A DNA stretch of 64,000 nt, taken from NCBI RefSeq assembly GCF_037042905.1, contig NC_087251.1:32180001-32244000 (forward strand), read 5' to 3'. Origin of the DNA: Lytechinus pictus (taxonomy: Eukaryota). The notes beneath the pieces were generated by a model. It was not told the DNA's origin. It saw nothing but the letters and a program-made list of their open reading frames with translations, and searched no databases. Shown one piece after another: positions 13,901-28,900 of this stretch. Position 1 is the stretch's first letter; every line of letters starts with the position of its first letter. The position numbers and the translations under genes were made by a program.

Positions 13901-16900
13901 GAAGCATTATGTTTTTGGGTTGTCTGTCTGTCCCATTTTCGCTCTTGCGATAGCTAAAGAAGCATTTGATGGGTCAACTTTAATCTTGGTCCTAGTTTGC
14001 AGGAGTATGTAGGAGTGACGATAAGGTCAAAGGACACGTCATAAATTATCTCTCAAAATAATTAGAGATCAATTTGTTCATTTGAATTTCAAACTTGACT
14101 CATTTATGCATATGAAGGTGATGATGATCTCAAAGGTCAAATGTCACAGAGGTCATATAAAACATTGAAGAACTATATATTGAATATATTGAAGAACTGT
14201 TAAAAAGAGATCAACTTCAAATTTGATTCATCAGGAAGACAATAATCTAGGGGATTAGATTTTAGGGGCATGAGGTCAAAGGTCTCAGAGATCAAAGGTC
14301 TTAAGTTCAGAGGACATTGAAATGAGGGATCATCTATAATCTTGCTTCATGTGTACATATGTTTTATCTTGCTTGGGGTAGGAATGAAATTCAACTGTGC
14401 CGTCAAGAATCCATCTAGTTTGTTGAAATTATTTTAGTAAATGGTACTATTGAATTATTTAAACAAATTAAGTTGTTGCATCAAGATGTGTTTCTATTTC
14501 AGGCTAATACAGTGATATCTCTTGCATGACAAATACATTACATTTCCTCTGTTTTATTTAAGTCAATAATTATGAAGTGCCTTTGAATATTGTTGATATA
14601 AATATAGAAAAAGATACAAATCAAACCCGAAAACATGGCGTTATTGAAATTTTAATTTTTGTTTAATTCAATACAAGATCAACATTATACTGTATATTGC
14701 ATTTGCATCGCTCATAATTACTCTTCAGAATATTTTCCCTAGTTTTTACCTTTTGTATTGGGTTCATAACCATTTAAGATTAAATAACTCCACTCTAATG
14801 AAAATTGATTATTAAGAACTCTCAATTTTTATTCAACCATATTGTATATTGTTTGTAATCAGATTAGTTACATTAGTATTAACCACATTAACATTATCAA
14901 CTCATTAGCAGCGAATCCCCCCCCCACCGCAGGTGACTTTATTTTTTAATTTTTTTTTAAAGTTTTAGATTGACATGCACTAAAGTCCAATTTAGAGATA
15001 TAGACCTAATGTGAACTATTTAACGCAATAGTTGATTGATTTGAGTTGGTTGATTAGATGTACATGTAGTATTTGTGTGTGACGATTAATTGGCATGAAA
15101 ATAGTTTAATGTATGAATTCAATACAGAAAAAAAACATGTATTTCTCTTGTGACATAAATCCATGAATACACAGTATGAGTGATTTTAATCATATCTAAT
15201 GACATAATTAAAAGATCAATTTCGATAATCACACTTTAATGACTTTTATACGTAGTTAACAAAAAATATTAAAAATGGAGTGACATCAAATTCCAAGACC
15301 ACCAAATAAGTACACATATAAAAGAATCTCATAAATCATCAATTTTATGATGTGGATGAATCTGTTCCTAAACATTTCCAATTACCATTTTCCTTTTTTG
15401 CTGTTTTACGTGGAAAAACCAGGGTCTGGTGAAGAGTTGGAGGTAAGGTGGGGGGGGGGGGGATGGGGTAGGCAATCTCCTTATTGTACCCTCAATGTCA
15501 CTTTGATAGGATGTATGCAGTTAGTCCAGCTAATCAGTGAATACATCTATATCAGCGTGTTAGTTCTCTACTTGATTTTATTTCAGTATGATCACAGTGC
15601 ATCGAGTGCTTGAAACAATCAATATATTCAAATCATGCTCCCACTGCTGATGTTGTCATATACTCCTGATAGTTCATTAACCCTCAATGAAATCGTACCA
15701 TTTCAATGCATTCTGAAGGGATCAAGATTTAAGTCTTCAACATATGTACATGTACATCACTGGCGTGCATCTGAGGGGTTTTGGTCCTGGACCCCCCCCC
15801 CCCCCCAATTTTCTTGATCAAGAAAAAAAAAAATTAGAAAAGGAAAGGGAAAAGGGTGAAATATGATATTGCTATCTGAATAATATGTCTAAGTCTATCA
15901 CAAACTTAGATTTTTGTATTGAAAATGTCAAAAATTTTTGCTTGTATGCTTTGCTCGCTTGCAGCTGTTTATGAATTTTGCCCGATTTGCTTGTCATATG
16001 AGATATGAAGGAGAACTATAGCAATTTAAAATGCAAATATTAAGCACTGTAAAATAAAATGATTCTTATTTCATACCACATCATGTACATATATATTATT
16101 AAGTATATTTTGCCCAGGTTTGGCTAAAATGGAATAATAGTCTATTTTATATAAATATCATTCATTTAATTTGGTTCTTTATCTTATTTTATTTGTACTG
16201 TATCTTAAATAGTGACCCAAATGGGCAGGATCTGGGGAGCGTTTCATCAATATTTTCATCCGACAAGTTGTCAGATCTGACATCTTTCCATGATTTTGAT
16301 TGGCTGAGAGGCACTGTTCCTATGGTAACTGTCGGATAAAATGGGACTTGTCGGATAAAACGTCCGACAAGTCCTTTCATGAAACGCCCCCCAGTTCTCG
16401 AGTTTGATTACAAAAAAAATGTATCTGGAGATCCCTTTTTTTTTCCAAAAAGGAAGGTATAAAGATATATGTAACCCCCCCCCCCCATTTGTAGCATTTG
16501 CCATTCCTATACTGTCTGGAATATTTGAATGATATAGAGGCTCTATTTTACCAACACAACAAAGCAATCGAGGGGTGGGGGCAATGCACTTTTATTTTAT
16601 AAACTTTTACTGCTAGCACATGCATCTAGATCTTGCAAGATCATCACTGCATACGATTAAGAAAGATGGAACAAACATAAACACAAGTGGCAATTACACC
16701 TATTTCGCATGCATTTACTCAAATAATGAATACTTAATAATGCATTTAATTATGAGTTTTATGAGCCTATACGCTGAATTTATCAGTGAAATACTAAAGT
16801 TCCATCACTGTTAGTGATGATGGAAAATCACATGATTGACTTTTGACCAATCCTGTAGCATATGTGGAATATGATAAATTTAAACGACCAGTTATCATTT

Positions 16901-19900
16901 TTCAATTAACACGTGAAATCAAACTGTCTTTTGTTTTCCATACGTTGGGAAGTAGATATACACATTGTGTGAGAAACTTATTGGCTGTATCTTTTTTATG
17001 TGAAATTGTGTTCCTAAATTTACTACCGTGTGTAGTAGTCATGGACTTTCCATGATGTAATGTAAAAGTTCCTGTTCTAGATTTCATTTACGTGCATCTC
17101 TCGAATGACAGTGTGATTCTTGATGTCTGTTCAACTTCTGTAATTATATACTGACCCAATTCCAGTTGAGAATGAATGACCACTGAACTATAGGCCAGCC
17201 AGAAGTCACTCCCTAGACTACAAATTCCCATCTTTGATCCATTCAAAAGTTTCTATACAAATCCACTTTGTTTATCCACTTTTGCATAACACAGATGACA
17301 CCTCTGAATATAATGATGATGATGATGGTAAGAGAACTAGAATTGATCATTAATAACCCCCGACTCTATCACGCTATAGGCCAAAATTCCACCTAATTGA
17401 TAACAATAATGTATTCACCTTGCTTTAATATATCCCAATTGGCCAATTCGCAGCTTACCAATTATTACTTTTTTTTGCCAGTACATGTATGTCATTCTGT
17501 AAACATGATTTTGTTATTAAAAAAAATACTGGTAGATGTTTTGGGGTCATTTAAAAAATCTAAATTATGTTTTTAATTTACCAGTCTCTGTTCAGTTATC
17601 TGCCTAAAATAAAATGAACTCTGAAGCAAAGAACAAAAACAGAGGTCCAAATTCAAATATTTTGTTTTCTCCTTGAGTAATATCTTAGTTAAGTTTGAAA
17701 TATACTGTGAATAGTTTGCTTTTATAACTTTCTTCAGTAATGTAATTGTAATATCAGGGCGTAATATATGCAGATGTCAAGTTCTGAATATTGTTATCAC
17801 TTAGGATGGACAAGGGTTGCAATCCTTGGAGAAAAAGACTTTCAAAATACTAATAAACCCATCAGTGAAAACTTGAACAAACTTATCTTTATAACCCGAT
17901 GGATTATAGAAATGATACTTAAAATAACAAAATCCACTTTTAACAAAACAGATTGAAGAATATTGCTTGATGTCTCAACATCCAAGTGAATGTCAGTTTT
18001 CCTTTGAAGCCTCTACATGAAGCTGGCTTCTACTTGGAAGGAAAGCAAAATAAAGACAAAAATTTGTTAAAATCAGTTTGAAAACCTAATGGAGAATTGA
18101 TGGGTCCTGGGGGCAGCAAAATGATTGAAACTATGTGTTCAACCCACCTCTCAATTTGTTCATATTTTCACTGTTTGATTTATTGATCAAGTCTTTTTTT
18201 TTTCTGAGGATTGTAATTACCATTTGTGTCTGCTTGGTTCATAGGTGCTTTGTACATTGCTTATTATATGCATCGTGTGTCTGTGTTGTCAGTAAGGAAC
18301 GATTTAGTATGAAGTTCTTAATTTGAAACAATTACATGTATGTAACACTTGCATGCATCTATTATTTTTCTGCACACTTTCATGATTTACATGTATGCAT
18401 ATTGCACAGTAATCATTTTAAACTAGTATTGATGCTTGGAGCAAGCCTCTTTTTACTTGCATATATCACCATCATAACATTAAAAAAATGTTTGCTTTTG
18501 ACATTTTGGGGCTTACGCATCGTCAGAAAGGAAATGTATTAAAGTATGCATTAGTTGTGTAAAGGAGCAGGTTGGAGAGGAGAAGAGAAAAGAAAATGAA
18601 GAGATGGAAGGAAAAGAAGAAAGTGGAGGGGAAGGGGGGATGTAGGAAGAAAAGGATGGTTATTTTTGTTTATTTATTCTATCACATGAAAATTCAACCA
18701 GTCTTTATTCGTATATTGTATTCAAATTCAATTTATTCAAATATGAATAAAAGAAGGGATATTTTTTAAACAAGCACAGAGTAGACTTTTAATGTGTTGG
18801 GGAAAACATCTTCCTGGTATCATTTCTTGGTTTAGATTTGATATGAAACACTTTTGTGTGTCTCATATTTACTTATGCATATCTCAAATTGAATCTGCCA
18901 TCATATCTGGTTACTTTAATTTTTCTTGTTGTAAATGCAACCTCAGATTTAATTAAAATTCACTGAATGAACTTCAGTACCGGTACATTGTTGGTGACTC
19001 CTTATATCATTGTGGTTCTGGGTATAAACTGCAGACTCTTGTATAGTCATTGCAAAATAAATCTCTCCTGTCTGTTCAGTTGTAAAAACCAAGATTTATG
19101 ATAATCAGAGAAAAATTGTAAGAAAACTTTAAATGATATATATTTCATTGATAAAACAAAAATACTAGGCCTTTGTAAACTGATTTTTGATTGGTACTTT
19201 AAAAGGTCTTTAACACTCACTCATTGAATCATTCAAGTGTTTGCTGTTTGTCATATTGTTGTCTATTCAGACTTTTTATCATTTAAAATTTGATTTGAAA
19301 AAAAAGTGATTCAATTGAAAGCTTTATGTTTTTCTTCAAAAATTAATTTCTGGTTCCATGATTATAATTATTTAACTCATGTTCAGACTCAGTCCATCAA
19401 TATGTTATGTATTTCTTTTATTTTATCAACATAATTCCACATCTAAAATGATGATTAAGAACAGAAAGTATGTTCATCCATATCAAATGCTCAAATCTGT
19501 CATGCTTGAATTGCCACATCTTCATGCAAGCACCCATCTCACTTCTCACAGGACGATGAATCTCACTCTCGCATCTATAATTCAATCCTCTTCCTCCGCT
19601 CACTCGATCTTTTGATAATGCCAACATTCATCAATTCCTCTTTATCATCCTCTCATCTCTGATCTTTGAAAGCCCCTCTACTAATGGAACAAGCTGTCCC
19701 GTCTGACATTTGGTATAAATTGGCTTTATTAACCAGTGGCCTGACCACCACGTACTGTACACCCACATTGCTTGCACAATGTACTTGTTGCCTGTGCATA
19801 GTTCAATTACGTACTGAAATTTTATTTTTGTGTGTAAATGTGTGTGTACTGTTCATTTTGCCATTAAAATAGTCTACAAAAGTACCCTTGTTCATCTACT

Positions 19901-22900
19901 CTTATGCATATAAATCGTAATTAGAAATATTTGAAAATGTACCTTTGAATATCATATCATTTAAATTATTTGAAATCATGTCTTTATTAGTGACATAGCT
20001 GAAAATTTGAGGGGGGTTTGTAAATTTGCAAATAAACCAAGAACTTTTATTTTAAATGATGATAGATTCTGTCCTATTTCATAGATAATGGTAGCTGTAG
20101 GTAACTTTTATTTATTCCTCTCTGGTTACTATCATGTGCATGAATGCAATAGTTTAATTATTATTGTTTGTATTCAACCAGTCGAGGAAGAATTTCTGTT
20201 ATAGACTTAAAATTGAATTGAATTTGATTTCTAGAGAAAAAAAATGGCAAAGTTTTCAAAAATATGATACAAATTTGTCATTCTAAATAAAAGTATTTAA
20301 CAGTAATTGAACATTTAAAAAAATGTTCTTAAAAATTGGGGGGGGGGGGACTCTAGCCCCCCTGACAAACTTAATATCACTGAATAAAAGTTAGTTCATT
20401 GTGATGCCCTCTTGTGAATTAATGTAACTCAGAAATAAATATTGATAATTTACAAGTAAAAAATAGCTTCTTGTGCAAAAATTGATGAAATGCATTTATT
20501 TGCATGAATGCACCTGAAGAAGTTATTATTCATCTTTTATAACTAGACATAGCATGTATCCTTATCAATTTAATTGCTATTAAATGAAATTGCTAGGTCA
20601 TCCAGTTTACCTAGCAAAGAACAAGCTCTCAAGTTTCAATGCCAAACTATTCCATTTTTTACACAATAGACTTGATTGATAGTGACGTCTTTATATATGA
20701 AATCAAGAAGGGAAATCATATTTGTGAGTTCCAAAGAAGTGCAAAGACAAAACTGTTTCTTGGGGATCAAATAACAAATGGGTCAAAATTCCAACGTCTT
20801 TTAAATAAAAAAAAAATGGTATTATTTAGTGTTCGGAAATTGTAAATTTGATTTGAACAATCGTTGAAGCATTCAATCAAGGAGAGTCCATGATTCAAAG
20901 TTTGATTGGGAATAAGATAGACTTCACTAGAAATTCGATGGGAATTAAGGGACAATTCGTAATGAAATATTGTTTTTTATAGTATTTCTTATATTAACAG
21001 TGTACCACTGTTACCATTGATGCTAGTATTACTTCACTAGAAAGTCAATGGGAATTACGGGACAAGTCTTAATGAGATATTGTTTTTTTTCAAGTATTTC
21101 TTATAAAAACAGTGTACGACTGTTACCATTGATGCTAGTATCGATATACATGTAATAATAAGTGTATTGTCTGATATAATGTTGATCATCCCATTTTCTT
21201 TGTTTGTAGATTATAGTCTAGTATGATTTCTGTTATCTTTTCTTTTATTTACTTGTACTTTTCACACACACATTGCCATGTCTGTTTATATGCATATCTT
21301 TGTCGTGTAGAACTTGACATGAAGATGTACATTTCAGTGTTTTCATTACTGGCAATGTTATCAAATACCTTTAGATATAATTTACCACACTTTTTCATCT
21401 TGTAAAAGAATACTGCATTTAAGTGCATTCTCAATGTAGTGGCATTGATATATTTTAATATTTTCATTATTTATTTTGGTCTGTGTCTTGTCGAGTCAAA
21501 GTAGTGCTAACCAATGGTACGAAGATTTAGTTTATTCTCATATGTACCCATATTTTTGTATATATGTTAAAACATTTTGCAGTTCAGATGAGTTAGAACT
21601 CTACCAAAAAACTGTGATAATTCCAAAGCTACAAATTGACTTTATTTTAGGATATACATGCAATTCTCTCTTTGCCTGAAAAAAAATATATAAAAAAAGA
21701 TAAATGTATTATTGTGTTCTCATATGCATTAACTTAACAAACGATTCTTAAATGAACTTTGATAGCATACCTTCACTCTTCATTTATTGTACAAAATACT
21801 GTACCCTCATATTATTCAACACTCAAATACCGTTCTGCATTGTCCTCATTAACCTCGTTTTGTATGTGTACATGTAGATGAAATCTATACCCAACAAATG
21901 TTAAACTGCATTGCTCTTTCCAAACAGAAAATAAAGTGGAAAATGTTTGCAATCGATTTGCTTTCTGGTTATGGACTGAATTTTAGGAAAGGAAATTACA
22001 AATAATTGTTTGCATTCAGCGTTTGCAAACAAATATGTTATGAAGGTACCATCTCACCGTGTAAAAGATAGAACTTTTGATGACGATGTTCCTCTCCATC
22101 TCCATCCTAGATCCATTCTCCAAGCAAGGTAGGAAGATGGTTGGTGATGTAGACTATGATGGTGTCAGGGAGGTAGCAGGAGCTATTACTCCGGTCCCCG
22201 GTGGAGTAGGACCTATGACTGTAGCTATGCTCATGGGGAACACCGTGGAGAGCGCCAAGAAGACCGTCGAAGGAACTCTGGTGAGTTCAATACGTTGCTT
22301 GCAGGAATCGGATGTTCCCTGTACAAAGTCTGTGGGATTGCAGGGTCCCATTTTTCTGAAGACTTGTATGATAACAATTGCACAATTTCTATGACAAATT
22401 TACAATCAGCCAATCAGATTTGAGGATTTTAGTAGCTTTTAACTGTTATTTGAAATTTGTTATTGTAACGAGTTTTATGAAACTGACCTTAGAATTCAGG
22501 TTAACCTTTTGTCTTCTAGAATCATGTGATCCCTTTTCAAAGATCTTAGCCGCGGATCGCGAGATCGCGATGAAAATTTGCATGATGGTAGAGAATGACA
22601 ATCTGCAATATGCCTAATCTATAGTACATGGTTGCATACTTGAATTTCTCTTTTTTTATGAAATCACATAATCTGCTCCAATTCACTAGCTAAAGCTCCT
22701 AGAATGCTAATTTGGGGATTCTTGGAAGCAAGAAGTCAGTGAGAGGTGCTGTCAAAATTTTTTTGCATGGCACGTTTATCACAAAAAAAATGTTGAGGGG
22801 GGGAGCATTATGACCCCTCCCAGCCAGGAGTATTGTGGTTCGAAAATCATGAATTCAATGATAATATAGAAATGGTCATCATATTCCATAGCAAAGATGT

Positions 22901-25900
22901 GCTCTCATGCCTCTCAAATAGCTGATTCCTGAAAAGTTACATTTTCCTCCTTTGGGAGGGAATGTTGGAAGTCTATGTGAACAAATGCTGAACGTGAAAG
23001 TAAATGTAAGAGATTTCATACCTATGTTACTGTTATTCTCAGGGTGACCAATGGAAGATGAGATACCTACCCCTTCATCTCAAGCAACCTGTCCCCACTG
23101 ACATTGAGGTCTCCAGGGCTCAAAAACCAAAGGAGGTCTCAGAATTAGCCCAGGAACTACAGCTTCTACCCAGTGAAATAGACTACTATGGCAAGACCAA
23201 GGCCAAGATCTCTCTATCAGTACTAGATAGGCTAAAGGACAGGGCTCCAGGAAAGTACATCGTTGTTGGAGGGTGAGTATGTCTGAGAAGATTTGAATCA
23301 GGTCTTTACTGTAATACCGCTCCAAGGAAAAGCACCACATTTACCAAACGTACTTGATTTCAATATTTAAAACTGATTAAACTCTTTAAATTTGAGGAGG
23401 AATAGTAGCTTAGTCTGTAAAGGGGGTTTTCAGATTGGTGAACTTGGTGCACTTGTGCCTTAATGCATTTATCTTCATTACCAGTTAATGATGATGGTGG
23501 TGGTGGTGATGATGATGGTAGTGATGATGATGATGATGATGATAAAGTTTAAGAAAAAAGCTTGATCAATCTTCTCAATATTCCATAACAACTGCACACG
23601 CTTGAAATATCTCAAACTGATTAACCACCCTCTCTCTGTTTCAGAATCACACCAACTCCTCTGGGAGAAGGCAAGAGCACCACCACCATCGGACTAACCC
23701 AGGCTTTAGGATCCCATCTCAAGAAGAATGTATTTGCATGTGTGAGGCAGCCATCCCAAGGACCCACCTTTGGTATCAAGGGGGGTGCAGCGGGTGGAGG
23801 CTATGCTCAGGTCATTCCTATGGAAGAGGTGAGACTTCCCTTCCTGGAATAGATGGTACCTGTAGAAAATATGTGGGGATTACAGAATTTGGCAGTAGTT
23901 TGTCAGAAAATAGGTGCACGGGGGATATGCCATGGTAATCATTTGAGGGGGCGTAAACAAATACCCCATCTCCCCTTTCCCTTAAAAAATATACAATAGA
24001 TCTGATTTTATATTTAGTCTTTTTTGCAAATCTGTAGTTATTTGGCAGTAAATGTCTATTTTACCAGTTTTGCTAATTGTAGAATATGATAACATTCTGA
24101 TGGTTTGCAAGTTTATTTAGCAACAACCCAATATGCCACTCAATTTTCTTGCGATGAGTAATAGCTTCTGAAACAATAAAAGTATTACAAGCGACCATTC
24201 AATTTCTTTGTCCCGTGTTGCAGGTGGCAATACAATCTCTTTAACCTATATTATAAGTGACAATTACAATTATCTCTAATCTGTATTACAAGTGACCATT
24301 CAATATTTTTCACCTGTATTATTAGTGACGATTCAGTTTCTTTAACCTATATTGCAATCATTTTGTTTTCCAGTTCAATCTCCATCTTACCGGAGACATC
24401 CATGCAATCACAGCCTCAAACAACTTACTTGCTGCAGCCATTGATGCAAGGATCTTTCACGAATCAACTCAGACAGACACCGCCCTCTATGGCAGGCTAG
24501 TGCCAAGCAAGAAGGGCGTCCGACAGTTTTCAGATATCCAGCTCGGCAGACTCCAGGTGAGTTAAAAGACTGATATGTGCAGGGAAAATATATATGATGT
24601 CTGCACATACATGATTACCATATTACTGTATTGGTGGTGGTGGTGGTGATGATGATGATGTTGGTGGTGAGGATGATGGTGAGGATGATGATGGTGAGAA
24701 TGATGGTGAGAATGATGGTGGTGGTGGTGGTGGTGAGGAGGATGACGATGATGATGATGAGGATGATGATGATGATGATGAGAATGATGATAATGATAAT
24801 AATGGCTACTTATAATACACCACCTTTGGTGCTCATGGCACTTCAAGAAAGTAAGTGTACACATGAACAATAATTGAAATAGAAAAGAAATGGAAAATGA
24901 AATGTCTTAAAATTCTATTAAATGTAATACATTATTAAATCATTCAGCTGATTTTACAGCTTGAGGATCTGAGATGTTATCAGGCATTCTGTAAAACTTT
25001 GTGTTCTGGTTCACTTATTAAGCACCTGATTAGATTCTCAATGAATGTAATGTTACAAGACAAACAAATGTATAAATGTTTCATTTGAATAAAAAAGATA
25101 AGGATGCAGGCTGGAAAATATTTATGTGTGTATCCTTCATTAGACTTTGTTAACTTTTAAATTTTCATATCACTCCAGAAGATGGTTATCAAAAATAAAA
25201 ACTTGGGTGGCGTTGAGAACGTTCTTAAGTTAATAGTTATGTCACATTTATCTTTGTTTCTAATAGCGTCTTGGCATTGATAAGACCAATCCTGATGACC
25301 TAACAGAAGAAGAGATGGGACGTTTTGCTCGTCTTGATATTGATCCATCTACTATTACGTGGCAAAGAGGTAAGAGATACTCTCCATCAAAACCCATGTC
25401 ACGTAAGGCAGGCCTTGCCCTTTTGTGACATTAATCCTGGGAATGGTCGACCAAAGGGTACACAACGCCATACATTAATCACAGATATTTTGTTTTTTGT
25501 GTGTGTACAGTTGAATCAATTCAATTTCAGTAGATTAGGACATTACTGTTCATTCTATGTCATTATTAGGTAATGAAGTTTGCTGTTGTACCATGTAAGT
25601 GAAGTAATCCTGAAAAGGACTGTCAACTGTTCATCTCAACGTTCTAAGATATATCTCCGCTCTTTGTCAGGAGTGAAAAAACCAACAGATGTTTTCAGGA
25701 CTACTTCACTTATACTTGGTGCAACCTCAAACCTTGTTACTGGTCTTTACTGGCATGCAAACCTTCAAAGATCATATATTGTTATTGTACATGTACAGGA
25801 CATTAAGGTAATTCAATTCAATTAATTTTATTGTCATGTATAAAAAACACAAAAATTGTCCTCAGACTCTTTTCTTAACAAAAAGTGCATTAAAAAAAAA

Positions 25901-28900
25901 ATAATAATAATGGAATTGCCAATGCCATCTGAAGATTTTTCTACATGAATGGGTTTTGGGGTTCAAATTGAATTTGAATTTTTAATTGATTTAAGCTGTA
26001 AGTATGAGGGACACTCCACTTGTTGACAAACTACCTACAGGGTAGTGATCAGTTTAATTTCCAACACATATGATAGTAATTGGAATAATAAATTAATTAC
26101 TTTCCTTCCCATACTCCTCCATCTGCTTCCAGTCATGGACACCAATGACCGCTACCTTCGTAAGATCACCATTGGTCAGTCTCCCACCGAGAAGGGCTAC
26201 ACCCGTGAGACACAGTTCGATATCACTGTGGCTAGCGAGATCATGGCTATCCTTGCCCTGACCACAGACCTAGGGGACATGAGGACCCGTCTTGGTAAGA
26301 TCGTCGTCGCTAGCAACAAACAAGGAGAACCTGTGACGGCTGATGATGTTGGTGTCGGAGGTGCTTTGGCTGTTCTTATGAAGGATGCTATCAAGCCAAA
26401 CCTAATGCAGACACTTGAGGTAAGGACTCAATCCTAATGGTTCTGGGCTCTCCTTTTTGTATTATGACTTATCAATAAGAGGTTGTAAGCACTGTTATAA
26501 TGTAATTAAACTCTTCCACTCAAATGGGTGGGATCAAATTAATCAAAGAATTGTAGGATTTGTTTAAAAGTTTTTGTGAAATTGTGCCTAGAGTTATTGT
26601 GCGACATGCAATGTGGTGAAGGCCTTCTAATGGAATTATTTCAAATTAATTTGTAAGAATGACTAGATGAGGATATATACCATGAATTTTCTTGATGTAT
26701 TTCTCTACAGATAATAGTAAAACTATTGAATTCATGGATTTATTTTTATTTACTGAATCTGGCTGAAGATATTGGGACAAAAACATGGATATTAACATCA
26801 GAATATATGTAGTAATGCGTGTATGTATGATGTGAACACTAATTGATTTGGTTGATATACTACTTCTTCTATAGGGGAATCCAGTATTCGTTCATGCTGG
26901 TCCATTCGCTAACATTGCTCATGGCAACTCTTCTATCCTGGCTGATAAGATCGCTCTGAAGCTTGTTGGAGAACATGGATTTGTCAGTATGTATTTCCCA
27001 GTTAAAAGAAAAAAATTTCGGAACACTTATTGTTAAATTATTCAGAAAGTTCCTGTTGTGGTAACTCCTGTAGGAACTCGACAGGAGAGCTTTTTGCTGG
27101 TATATAACTTATTACTGAGAAACGTTTTACTTCCAAGTTAATCCGGTTTAGTCGCTGACCACATAAGAGTATAGACTAAACAAACCTCTGTGATGATTCG
27201 ATGACGAGGCTGATCACAGCTTCATGTTACCATGGTAACAGCAGGCTAGACATGTTTTGTGTCTTCCTGTTGTTCGCCTGGTGATATGATGGTTGTTCTT
27301 TAGTGATGCTAGATTCGAGGCATTTGTCTGAGAGGCTCTGAAGAATTACTCTATTGACATCACAAGTCGTTCCTCTGAAATAAAATCCCCTTCCAACAGA
27401 AATAGGATTTACTGGGGGCTGATCTGTTTCATGAGATGTAATTTTGGCTTGACTTGAAATTTTTAATTAATGGAGATTATGAGTTATGAATATGATGGGC
27501 ATTGGCTCTTATACATGGCTTTGAGTCACATTTGAAAGTTTGTGAAACAATCCTTGATCTTCAAACCTCTAACAACTCTTCAGTTCTTGAAATATTCCTT
27601 TGAAGCATGTGTTCTTTCAACCTTTATAATGAAATTATCTATAAGTTTGACTTTGATGTTCTGGAAAGGACATGAATTATTTGCAAGAATAGCCATAATA
27701 CTGCATTTGTATAGAGACATGCTATCTCTTCACTACTCAAAGTGCTGCCACTGAATATTCTCACCAATGTGCCATGTTTTGTATTATGATTGTAATTGAA
27801 TGAAAGGGAACTTTTGCCGAGATTTTTCAAAAGGAAAACAATGAGTATAACCTTTTCTATTTCTGTTTTTTTAATATTTCTTTAGTCACTGAGGCTGGAT
27901 TTGGGTCTGACATTGGAATGGAGAAGTTCTTTGACATCAAGACCCGATACTCTGGTCTAACACCCAATGCCTGCGTGATTGTAGCTACAGTCAGGGCACT
28001 CAAGATGCATGGTGGTGGACCCAATGTAAGTCTAACATAATAGTGTTTCACTTGTCTGTAGCGCTTATCACATTTGTTGGGTTTTTCATATAGCTGTTCG
28101 CAAGTAACTTTACGAACGACTGGTGAAACCTTGGGTGCTGTAATCAGTATCTTGTTCATTTACATGGAGCACAAGAAGGTATCACCCGCCGTGTGTAAGT
28201 CGCTTGTAACTTATGAAAATATCTATGAAACACCCAAAACAGTGAAACTAAGCACTTTACAGACACAATTATTCCCCTAGTTATTGGATTCTGTGTGTAT
28301 GCACATACCCCACTCCCTGGGGAGTATTCCAGGAATGAGCAGTCATGACACTTTAATATCTAAGCCAATGGCATTAATGTCATATGATTTAACCCACACT
28401 AGGCCTATACATTTCACGCAATATTCCCCCCCGCCAAACGAAGTTTGAAGGGGTATATAGGATCAGTGTACGGTCAGGCGGTCAGTCAGTCCGTTGCAAA
28501 TGTTGCACATTGAACTTCTTCCTCGGTTTTTAACCAATTCTCATGAAACTTGAAATACATGTTGGTGTTAGGGTGAAGATGTGCATGACACATTTTTCGC
28601 ATGTGTCGGAAATTGTGTTGCCATGGTAATGGTATATTTTGGCAAAAATAAGGTAAAAATCTTGCAGTTCAAACTACTCCTTCAGTTTTTAACCAATTCT
28701 CATGGAATTTGGCACACACATTGGTATTGACATAAATATGTGCAAGACATGTAGTTTTCAAAAATTGTGTAAAAATTGCAGTTTTGATTACTTCATCAAT
28801 TTTCAACCAATTCTCATGAAAATTGGCTCACACATTGGTTTTGAGGTAAAGAAGTGCGATACGCTTATTTTGTGTGTGTTGAAAATCGTGTTGCCATGAT

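Noticed and set aside
25585..25725. About 35-bp stem hairpin as a pre-miRNA
   Set aside because: The loop of about 70 nt is too large, and the architecture fits the short palindromic MITEs common in this window.
27041..27379. Intronic RNase P/MRP or telomerase RNA
   Set aside because: No convincing CR-I/CR-V pair or telomeric template; the core is explained by the U15-type snoRNA.
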